Below are positions 18,457 to 26,179 of a stretch of 32,000 nucleotides of DNA, piece by piece (the first letter of the stretch is position 1; every line of letters begins with the position of its first letter). The notes beneath the pieces are model-generated. The model worked only from the letters and a program-made list of their open reading frames with translations, was not told the DNA's origin and ran no database searches. The translations under genes and the position numbers were made by a program. Location: the NCBI RefSeq assembly GCF_014280175.1, contig NZ_CP047931.1, positions 2,250,001-2,282,000 on the forward strand, in the 5' to 3' direction. Source of the DNA: Synechococcus sp. A15-28. GTDB lineage: Bacteria; Cyanobacteriota; Cyanobacteriia; PCC-6307; Cyanobiaceae.

Positions 18457-18571
18457 CGACCGACCCCCGATCACGCCAGTGCAGATGGCCCTGAATGATC
18501 ATCGCCACCGTTGCCAGGGTCACCGCAGCACCGAGGGCAAAGACCAGTCCAGCCCAGAGATTGTCATCCAA
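18446..18571 (-). CDS. Small single-TM membrane protein (41 aa, TTG start) overlapping the 5' end of the SSS symporter
   Basis: Not in the supplied ORF list. TTG at 18571-18569 preceded by GAGGAGATTCGC (good SD). Translation MDDNLWAGLVFALGAAVTLATVAMIIQGHLHWRDRGSVDAC*. The stop at 18446-18448 overlaps the symporter ATG by 11 nt. Confidence 0.5.
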   Translation of the reverse strand: MDDNLWAGLVFALGAAVTLATVAMIIQGHLHWRDRGSVDAC

Positions 18572-18769
18572 AGCGAATCTCCTCTTCAGCAGATCTCAGA
18601 CAAGCAAATCGCGGTGTTCTCGAGCTTGCATTCACGAATAACAAGTCGCTGGCGCTACCCAAATCACAGGCTGTCAGTGCACTGATGCCTTCAATCTCGA
18701 AATGTGTAGCAATCACAACCCGCGGGGCCCTGATCGAGTTTTTGGATGCGCCTATTCATCGTTCAGGCA

Positions 18770-20242
18770 ATGTTCACCGAGTACCGACCAACCCATGGGT
18801 ACGACGAATATTTTTGCCGTGAACAGTCCGCTCCCCGCGCTGATCTGGAGCCGCTGCTGTCCTCCCTTGGAGCCATGGGGCTGGCGGAACTGAATCGCAG
18901 TCATGCATCAGCGAGCAATCTGTTGCGACGTCTTGGCGCCACCTTCCGACTCAACGGATCAGGTCTGCATGGCGGAGAGCGGATCCTTCCCTTCGATCCA
19001 CTGCCAAGACTCATTCACCGTCAGGAATGGTCCGTTCTGGAGCGCGGATTGGTGCAACGCCTGGAGGCCATTGATCAGTTTCTGGCGGACGTTTATGGAC
19101 CCCAACGGATCCTCAACGATGGCGTGATCCCCCGTGAGGATGTGGAGAGCTCCCAGGGCTGGCGGCCCCAGATGCAGGACATAGCCGTGCCGCTCAACCG
19201 CTGGTGCCACATCTCAGGTCTGGATCTGATCCGCGATGGCGACGGCACCTGGAGGGTTCTGGAGGACAACCTGCGCTGCCCCTCCGGCGTGGCTTATTTC
19301 CTTGAGAACCGTCGGGTGATGAAGCGGTTGTTCCCCAGCCTGTTCCAAGGGCGAACCGTGCAGCCGATCGACGATTACCCCTCCCATCTCTTGCGCACGT
19401 TGCGTGATCTGGCTCCTTGGAGTGATGCCCCACGGGTGGTGCTGCTCACCCCCGGCGTGTTCAACAGCGCCTACTTCGAGCACAGCTATCTGGCCCAGCA
19501 GATGGGCATTGCCCTTGTGGAAGGCCGCGATCTGATCTGTGAAGACGGACGCGTCTGGATGCGCAGCACGGCCGGTCGGGAACCTGTGGATGTGATCTAC
19601 CGGCGCATCGATGACGATTTCCTCGATCCGAACGTGTTCCGACGCGATTCGATGCTCGGTGTCCCCGGCCTCATCGATGCCATGCGCTCCGTTCGGGTGG
19701 CCATCGCCAACGCCCCTGGGAGCGGTGTCGCTGACGACAAGCTGATCTATGCCTACGTGCCGGCCATGATCCGTTACTACCTCAACGAAGAACCGATCAT
19801 CGACAACGTCCCCACCTATCTCTGCTCAAGGGACGACGACCGCCGTTATGTGCTCGAACATCTCAACGAACTGGTAGTAAAATCAGCCGCCGAGGCAGGC
19901 GGCTACGGAATGTTGATCGGGCCCCATGCCAGTTCTGAGGAGATTGAGAGCTTCGCGGTGAAGATCAAGGCTCACCCGCGCAATTTCATCGCCCAGCCCA
20001 CCCTGCAGTTATCCACAGTTCCATCCCTGAGCGAAGGGGAGCTGTACCCCTGCCATGTGGATCTGCGCCCCTACGTGCTCCGGGGTAAAAGCGACTGGGT
20101 CAGCCCCGGCGGCTTGACTCGTGTAGCCCTGAAACGCGGTTCCCTTGTGGTGAACTCCTCCCAGGGGGGCGGCTGCAAGGACACCTGGGTGGTCAGCGAC
20201 AGTGCCGTAACGGCTGGCAATCAGGAGCTCGTGCCGTGCTGA
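18770..20242 (+). CDS. Circularly permuted ATP-grasp type 2 protein (DUF404/DUF407)
   Basis: THGYDEYFCREQSAPRADLEPLLSSLG, FPFDPLPRLIHRQEW-like segment, VLEDNLRCPSGVAYFLENRRVMKRLFP, LTPGVFNSAYFEHSYLAQQMGIALVEGRDL, LRPYVLRGKSDWVSPGGLTRVALKRGSLVVNSSQGGGCKDTWV. Confidence 0.92.
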   Translation: MFTEYRPTHGYDEYFCREQSAPRADLEPLLSSLGAMGLAELNRSHASASNLLRRLGATFRLNGSGLHGGERILPFDPLPRLIHRQEWSVLERGLVQRLEAIDQFLADVYGPQRILNDGVIPREDVESSQGWRPQMQDIAVPLNRWCHISGLDLIRDGDGTWRVLEDNLRCPSGVAYFLENRRVMKRLFPSLFQGRTVQPIDDYPSHLLRTLRDLAPWSDAPRVVLLTPGVFNSAYFEHSYLAQQMGIALVEGRDLICEDGRVWMRSTAGREPVDVIYRRIDDDFLDPNVFRRDSMLGVPGLIDAMRSVRVAIANAPGSGVADDKLIYAYVPAMIRYYLNEEPIIDNVPTYLCSRDDDRRYVLEHLNELVVKSAAEAGGYGMLIGPHASSEEIESFAVKIKAHPRNFIAQPTLQLSTVPSLSEGELYPCHVDLRPYVLRGKSDWVSPGGLTRVALKRGSLVVNSSQGGGCKDTWVVSDSAVTAGNQELVPC

Positions 20243-21219
20243 GCCGTGTGGCCGATTCGCTGTACTGGATCAACCGGTATGTCGAGCGGGCCGAAAACAT
20301 CTCCCGGTTTCTGGAAGTGAGCGAAGCCATGGCCCTGGATTGCCCCCCCGGCAGCGCTGAGCCCTGGCTTCCCCTGGTGGATGCCAATGGGGACCGCAAG
20401 CGGTTTGACGAGGCCTATCCCCAGGGCACACCACGGGACGTCGTCAGCTTTCTACTGCTGGATCGCGATAACCCCAACAGCATCGTGAGTTGCATAGCCA
20501 ACGCCCGTGAGAACGCTCGCCAAATCCGCGATGTGATCACCACGGAAATGTGGGAGCAGCTCAATGACCTCTATTGGAACGTTCAAGACGGTGAGGCGCT
20601 CTGGCAGGAGCCGGATCAAGAACAGCTGCGCAGCATCCGACGCGGATGTCAGCTCTTCTACGGCATCACGGACGTGACCCTCAGTCGTGATCAAGCCTGG
20701 CTGTTCAGCCAGCTGGGACGGCTGATCGAACGGGCGGACAAAACCTCCCGCATCCTCGATGTGAAGTACTTCCTGCTGTTGCCAACGCCAACGGAGGTGG
20801 GCGGCGTTCTCGATGAATTGCAGTGGATCTCACTGCTTCGAACAGCTGGGGCTTATCAGATGTATCGCCAGAGCGTGCAGCAGGCGATAACACCAACATC
20901 AGTGGCACAATTCCTGCTCCTGGATCTGATCTTTCCCCGTTCGGTTCGCTTCTGCCTGCAACAGATCAACGAGACGTTGCAACGCATTCAAGGGAAACCC
21001 CACGCCGGCCCACCGGATGACCTGGAATGCCTGGGCGGTCAGTTGCTGGCCCAATGGAGCTACGTCCGCATCGATGCTCTGATCGAACGCGGACTGCATG
21101 AGGCCATCGATCAACTGCAAAGCGATCTGAACCGGCTGCATGGCCTAATCCACCGTTGCTATTTCACCACCACCGACCTGGGCTCCATCCCCACCGACCC
21201 GTCATGCGCGCTGAGCTGA
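20236..21219 (+). CDS. Alpha-E domain-containing protein (DUF403)
   Basis: MLSRVADSLYWINRYVERAENISRFLEV...RENARQIRDVITTEMWEQLNDLY...FSQLGRLIERADKTSRILDVKYF. Overlaps the ATP-grasp ORF by 7 nt. Confidence 0.93.
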   Translation: MLSRVADSLYWINRYVERAENISRFLEVSEAMALDCPPGSAEPWLPLVDANGDRKRFDEAYPQGTPRDVVSFLLLDRDNPNSIVSCIANARENARQIRDVITTEMWEQLNDLYWNVQDGEALWQEPDQEQLRSIRRGCQLFYGITDVTLSRDQAWLFSQLGRLIERADKTSRILDVKYFLLLPTPTEVGGVLDELQWISLLRTAGAYQMYRQSVQQAITPTSVAQFLLLDLIFPRSVRFCLQQINETLQRIQGKPHAGPPDDLECLGGQLLAQWSYVRIDALIERGLHEAIDQLQSDLNRLHGLIHRCYFTTTDLGSIPTDPSCALS

Positions 21220-22103
21220 CCCATTGCCTCACGTACCGCTACGAGGCTCCGGTGCAGCTCGGAGAACACCGCCTCTGTCTGCGGCCCCGGGCCCAGGGTC
21301 ATCAACGGCTGATCCACCACACACTGCAGATCAAACCGGACCCCTTACACAGCCATGAGCTGTTGGCCGCCAGTGGCGATGCGATCGAGCGCGTGCGCTT
21401 CCGAGGCAGCACCGATTTGCTGCAGCTCGAAGCCAGGAGCTTGGTGGAAACCCGGCAGGCCGCACCGCTGCTCACCTGTTTCAACGGACTTGAACCCTCG
21501 CTTCCCTATCCGCGCGGTCTGCTGAACCACGACCTGCTGGGGGCTCTGGAAGGGTGGCTGCCCAACGGTCAACACGACCCCTCAGCTGTGGAACTGGCGC
21601 AGGACGCTCTGATGGGAAGCAATCAGCAGGTGCTGCTTTTTCTCCAGCAACTGATGGAGATGATCCAGGACCGGGTCAAGTACACCCAGCGCCATGTTGG
21701 CCCAGCCTGGCCAGCGGGCCGGACCCTGCGGGAGCGTGTGGGCTCATGCCGTGATCTGGCAATGCTAATGATGGAGTGCTGCCGCAGCGTGGGGCTGCCG
21801 GCTCGGTTTGTGAGTGGTTACCACCTAGCCGAACCAGCACCCGAGACCTACGACCTGCACGCCTGGACCGAGATCTATCTGCCAGGTGCCGGCTGGCGCG
21901 GTTTTGATCCCAGTGCTGGTGGTGAAATCACCTCGCGTTACATCGTGCTCGCCAGTTCCTCTAAACCGGATCTCAGTGCAGCGGTTCAGGGAAGCTTTAC
22001 AGGACCCCCAGCAACGACAAGCCACCTGAGCTGGACCATTGACGCCGATGTAGAACCTCGAACGATCGCTTCGTGCAGCCAAACCATGGTTCAGGCCGCC
22101 TGA
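21204..22103 (+). CDS. Transglutaminase-like cysteine protease-fold protein
   Basis: MRAELTHCLTYRYEAPVQLGEHRLCLRP...VGSCRDLAMLMMECCRSVGLPARFVSGY...DLHAWTEIYLPGAGWRGFDPSAG, showing the Cys-His-Asp triad context. Overlaps the alpha-E gene by 16 nt. Confidence 0.93.
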   Translation: MRAELTHCLTYRYEAPVQLGEHRLCLRPRAQGHQRLIHHTLQIKPDPLHSHELLAASGDAIERVRFRGSTDLLQLEARSLVETRQAAPLLTCFNGLEPSLPYPRGLLNHDLLGALEGWLPNGQHDPSAVELAQDALMGSNQQVLLFLQQLMEMIQDRVKYTQRHVGPAWPAGRTLRERVGSCRDLAMLMMECCRSVGLPARFVSGYHLAEPAPETYDLHAWTEIYLPGAGWRGFDPSAGGEITSRYIVLASSSKPDLSAAVQGSFTGPPATTSHLSWTIDADVEPRTIASCSQTMVQAA

Positions 22104-22666
22104 AGCAGCGGCTCGACACCATGGAGACTGGGAGGCGGAGCCTGAAACGAGGTGACCGCCAACAGCGCTGGAATGCGGGCACTGTTGTAGACGCGGAATT
22201 CCTGCACCAACGACACCCCCTCCTCCCGGACCGCCTGGTTGAGAACAACCGAACCGTCGGGATCCGACACCGACCGGTGAAACGTACCGGGCGGGATGCG
22301 CAGGATGTCGCCGCCACTATCGAGTCGCACGATGTGGAACGGCTGATCCCAGGCCAGGTTGACAAGATAAAAGGTTCGCCCACCACTGGCGGCCAGAAGA
22401 TTGTCTTCCTGGTGCGGATGGAGATAGAACTGCCAGGCCCCGCTGTCGGGATCATTGGGTGGACTGGTGGCCGGGCCACTGTGGATCACCAGATCGCGGG
22501 CATTGGAGGTGTCCACCGTGACGTCGAAAAAACGCACCGCTGGTGTGTCGCGGAAGCGTTCGTAGGCCAGCAGTTCAAACATCTCCAGGGGCGTGACAAA
22601 GCCCGAGCTCTGAGACGGTTGTACTGGGGTTATCCGAGCAAAACGGTGACGATGGCAACGGTTCAA
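22091..22666 (-). CDS. Cupin-like domain protein, function unknown
   Basis: QFYLHPHQEDNLLAASGGRTFYLVNL...GGDILRIPPGTFHRSVSDPDGSVVLNQAVR. Converges on and overlaps the transglutaminase-like gene by 13 nt. Confidence 0.65.
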   Translation of the reverse strand: MNRCHRHRFARITPVQPSQSSGFVTPLEMFELLAYERFRDTPAVRFFDVTVDTSNARDLVIHSGPATSPPNDPDSGAWQFYLHPHQEDNLLAASGGRTFYLVNLAWDQPFHIVRLDSGGDILRIPPGTFHRSVSDPDGSVVLNQAVREEGVSLVQEFRVYNSARIPALLAVTSFQAPPPSLHGVEPLLQAA

Positions 22667-23703
22667 CCACCGAGATAAGCCATTTCGGCATGGGGCATGG
22701 AACCGGTCGTCCGCTGGCGCTCCTCGCTGTAACGGTCGTCACGGCGCCGCCAGAGATCAGCAACCAGCCGCAGCAATTCCGCCTCACAGTGCAGAGCGGG
22801 TTTCAGATCAGTCCCCACCGACGCGAAGAGGCAGCGAAACGCCTGTCCATCAGCTGTGACCCGCAGTCGATTGCAATCGCAGCAAAATGGCTCGCTGATC
22901 GAGGCGATCACGCCGAGATGTCCACCACCATCGACATAACTCCAACGCTGAGCTGTTCCGCCGCTGGGTCGGCCAACTGCCTGAAGCGGCCACCGTGCCC
23001 TGATCCGCGCCACCATCTCCGCGGCTGACAGCACCTGATCCGGCCTCCACTGATTGCGGTTGCCCACATCCATGTACTCAATCAGACGCAATTCCACACC
23101 TTGATCACGAGCCAGATCCGCCAGAGGCAGAAGCTGATCCTCATTCACCCCCCGTTGGATCACGGCATTGAGCTTGAGTTCCCCCGCCAAAGGGTCAAAA
23201 CCAGCGGAACGAGCCGAAGCCAATCCACTGAGCACCTTCCGCAGCAATGACTCCCCCGCTGTGGCAGTTGGTCGTCCTGCCATCCGCGCCACCACAGCCC
23301 CATCCACGCCATCAAGGCTCACGGTGATGCGATCCAAACCGGCCTGCCTGAGGTCGCGAGCTCGCTGGTCGCTCAGCAAGACGCCATTGGTGGTCAGGGT
23401 CACCTGCTGAAGACCCTGTAGTGGATCGCCAGGCGTTGCCCGTGCTGCCGCGATGGCCTGCAACAGAGGCAGAAGCCGAGCACTGAGCAAGGGCTCGCCT
23501 CCCGTGAGCCGCAGGGTGTGAATCCCCAGCCGACAGGCGACACGGATCAGGCGCAGCTGCTGCTCCAGGCTGAGCAAATCCGGCGGATCCTCAAGATCCG
23601 GACAGCAGTAAGGACATGCCAGGTTGCAGCGGGCCGTCAACGACAACCGAAGCACTCTCAACGGCCGCGACCGCTGATCGACAAGCGCTGAAGCTGGTGT
23701 CAT
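22663..23703 (-). CDS. moaA: GTP 3',8-cyclase MoaA (molybdenum cofactor biosynthesis)
   Basis: LRLSLTARCNLACPYCCPDLE, LRLTGGEPLLS, VSLDGVDGAV, PFCCDCNRLRVTADG, terminal YLGG. ATG at 23703; the track ORF extends to 23805. Confidence 0.95.
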   Translation of the reverse strand: MTPASALVDQRSRPLRVLRLSLTARCNLACPYCCPDLEDPPDLLSLEQQLRLIRVACRLGIHTLRLTGGEPLLSARLLPLLQAIAAARATPGDPLQGLQQVTLTTNGVLLSDQRARDLRQAGLDRITVSLDGVDGAVVARMAGRPTATAGESLLRKVLSGLASARSAGFDPLAGELKLNAVIQRGVNEDQLLPLADLARDQGVELRLIEYMDVGNRNQWRPDQVLSAAEMVARIRARWPLQAVGRPSGGTAQRWSYVDGGGHLGVIASISEPFCCDCNRLRVTADGQAFRCLFASVGTDLKPALHCEAELLRLVADLWRRRDDRYSEERQRTTGSMPHAEMAYLGG

Positions 23704-24278
23704 GCCATCAACGCTGCCAGATCCTCCGGACGGTTGGCATTCAGCAAGGCCTGAGACGGCAGCACCACCGGCCGATGGGGCACCGACGCCAACCAAGCCA
23801 TCCAACGCCGTTCACCGCGGGCCAACTGCTCAGCGAGCCTGGTTTGAAACGGTTCTCCCGTTGGAATCACCGCCAGCAATGGCTGCAGGCGCTGCCCATC
23901 CTGGGCAACGGCGATCTGATCAGGCTTCTCATACCAGGAGTTGATCAACTGCTGAAGAACAGCAGCACTGAGCCGAGGCATGTCCACCGGCAGCACCAGC
24001 AGAGCTTCAGCAGGGGTGCCAGGCAACACGCGTCCGAGAGCCTGCAGCGGCCCCTGCCAGGGCGGTGGCTCCTGCACAACGGTGACGCCGGGGCAATCAG
24101 CCAGTTGATCCGCATGGGCCTGATGGCGGCTGACCACCTGCAATGGCAAACCGAGAAGCCGCACCTGATCCACCAGGGCAGTCAGCCAGACCCCTCCACT
24201 GGGGTGTGGCAGCAGAGCTTTGTCCTGACCCATGCGCCGGCTCTCTCCACCGCTGAACAAGCAGGCACACAACATCAA
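23700..24278 (-). CDS. mobA: Molybdenum cofactor guanylyltransferase MobA
   Basis: LFSGGESRRMGQDKALLPHPSGGVWL, LPVDMPRL. The stop overlaps the moaA start. Confidence 0.88.
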   Translation of the reverse strand: MMLCACLFSGGESRRMGQDKALLPHPSGGVWLTALVDQVRLLGLPLQVVSRHQAHADQLADCPGVTVVQEPPPWQGPLQALGRVLPGTPAEALLVLPVDMPRLSAAVLQQLINSWYEKPDQIAVAQDGQRLQPLLAVIPTGEPFQTRLAEQLARGERRWMAWLASVPHRPVVLPSQALLNANRPEDLAALMA

Positions 24279-24427
24279 CGCGCAATGTCTCCAGCCATCA
24301 TTGATTCCACCTCAGCAAAACCCATTCCCCGCGGTGACAACCGCTACCAAGCAAAAACTGAACGCGGATGCTGATCAATCGGATAAGCCCAAGCGATGTT
24401 CCTTTCATCACACAAACCCTTCCATTG

Positions 24428-24469
24428 GTAGCAATTCCAACGAAGTCGTTCCCTGTTGATTGATTAACT
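24428..24469 (+). promoter_or_regulatory. Possible NtcA-dependent promoter for the nitrate transporter / narB
   Basis: GTA-GCAATTCC-AAC (24428-24441), then 22 nt to TTAACT (24464-24469), in the roughly 280-bp divergent region. The box and -10 are both imperfect. Confidence 0.35.
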
Positions 24470-24558
24470 GCCCGAGTTAACGGATTTTTTTCGACCGTTT
24501 CGCCACCCACGGGCACCCTTTCGTTTTGAAGCCCGCGGTTTCAACATTTCTCCTCTCA

Positions 24559-26099
24559 ATGCTTGGCGACCTCTGGTCGTTCCAGGGCAGGTACCGAACC
24601 CTTCACCTCACCTGGATCGCCTTCTTCCTGACCTTTGTGGTCTGGTTCAACCTGGCCCCTCTGGCCACCACCGTGAAAGCGGACCTGGGACTGACCGTTG
24701 GTCAGATCCGCACAGTGGCCATCTGCAACGTGGCCCTCACCATTCCTGCGCGCGTGCTGATCGGCATGCTCCTCGACAAGTTCGGACCCCGGATCACCTA
24801 CTCGTCGATCCTGGTGTTCTCAGCGATTCCCTGCCTGCTGTTTGCCTCCGCTCAGGACTTCAACCAGCTGGTGGTGGCCCGTCTGCTGCTCTCCATTGTT
24901 GGCGCCGGCTTCGTGATCGGCATCCGCATGGTGGCCGAATGGTTCCCGCCTAAGGAAATCGGCCTGGCTGAAGGCATCTACGGCGGCTGGGGCAACTTCG
25001 GCTCCGCCTTCTCCGCCCTCACGATGGTTGCCCTCGCTGGCTTCCTCTCCTTCTCCGGCGGCTTCGAACTGCCCACCGGCGCTGTTCTGAACTGGCGTGG
25101 TGCCATCTCCCTCACCGGCATCGTCTCCGCCGTTTACGGCCTCTTCTATTTCTTCAACGTCACCGACACCCCCCCGGCAAGACCTATCAGCGCCCTGAGA
25201 AAACCGCAGGCCTGGAGGTCACCTCCATGCGCGACCTCTGGGGTCTGCTCGGCATGAACGTGCCCTTCGCAGCCATCCTCTGCGTGCTCTGCTGGCGTCT
25301 CGGCAAGGTGGGCTTCCTGACTCCGTCCACCTACCCACTGGCTCTCGGGGCTGTTGCCGTCTGGTTTGCTTTCCAGACCTGGGGAATCATTCGCACCAAC
25401 CGCGACCTGATCCTCGGCAACAAGGTCTATCCAAAGGAAGACCGCTACGAGTTCCGCCAGGTAGCGATCCTCGAGCTCACCTACATCGTGAACTTCGGCT
25501 CCGAGCTGGCCGTGGTTTCGATGCTGCCCACCTTCTTTGAAACCACCTTCGATCTGCCGAAGGCCACCGCCGGAATCCTGGCCTCCTGCTTTGCTTTCGT
25601 GAACCTGGTTGCCCGCCCTGCCGGTGGTCTGATCTCCGACAGCCTCGGCAGCCGCAAGAACACCATGGGCTTCCTCACCGCCGGTCTCGGCGTGGGCTAC
25701 CTGGTGATGAGCATGATCAAGCCCGGCACCTTTACCGGCACCACCGGCATCGCCGTTGCCGTGGTGATCACCATGCTCGCCTCCTTCTTCGTGCAGTCCG
25801 GTGAAGGCGCCACCTTCGCGCTGGTGCCCCTCGTCAAGCGTCGCGTCACCGGTCAGGTGGCCGGCCTGGTGGGTGCCTACGGCAACGTTGGTGCTGTGAC
25901 CTACCTGACCATCTTCAGCCTTCTGCCGATGTGGATGGGCGGCGGCGGCGAACCCACCCCCGAGGTGATCGCGGCTTCCAACAGCGCCTTCTTCCAGATC
26001 CTGGGCGTGGCCGGTCTGATCGTGGCCTTCTTCTGCTTCTTCTTCCTCAAGGAGCCCAAGGGATCTTTCGCGGAACTGCATGAAGGCGAAACCGCCTGA
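24559..26099 (+). CDS. napA: Nitrate/nitrite MFS permease (NNP family, NapA/NrtP type), apparent 1-nt frameshift at the C7 run 25169-25175
   Basis: First half MLGDLWSFQGRYRTLHLTWIAFFLTFVVWFNLAPLATTVKADLGLTVGQIRTVAICNVALTIPARVLIGMLLDKFGPR is in the frame of 24526; second half MRDLWGLLGMNVPFAAILCVL...FVNLVARPAGGLISDSLGSRKNTMGFL is in the frame of 25227. Adding one C to the run gives DTPPGKTYQRPEKTAGLEVTSMRDLWG continuously. Confidence 0.85.
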
Positions 26100-26179
26100 T
26101 CGTGGTGTCCACGCAGCGCAGTGGTGCTGCATCACGGCCCGGAGCTTTGGCTTCGGGCTTTTCTCTTTCTTAAGCCCTG

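Noticed and set aside
17704-18498. 264-aa ORF antisense to the symporter
   Set aside because: Q/H/R-rich shadow frame of a clear SSS transporter.
18645-18658. GTC-GCTGGCGC-TAC upstream of the symporter cluster as an NtcA site
   Set aside because: Single-mismatch match without a matching -10 element downstream; likely to occur by chance.
25227-26099. Independent gene starting at MRDLWGLLGMN
   Set aside because: The sequence is the C-terminal half of the same MFS permease, and the upstream frame continues it after a one-base correction, so it is not a separate gene.
25146-26135. 329-aa ORF antisense to the nitrate permease
   Set aside because: Mirror of a conserved membrane protein; H/E/G-rich composition indicates an antisense artefact.
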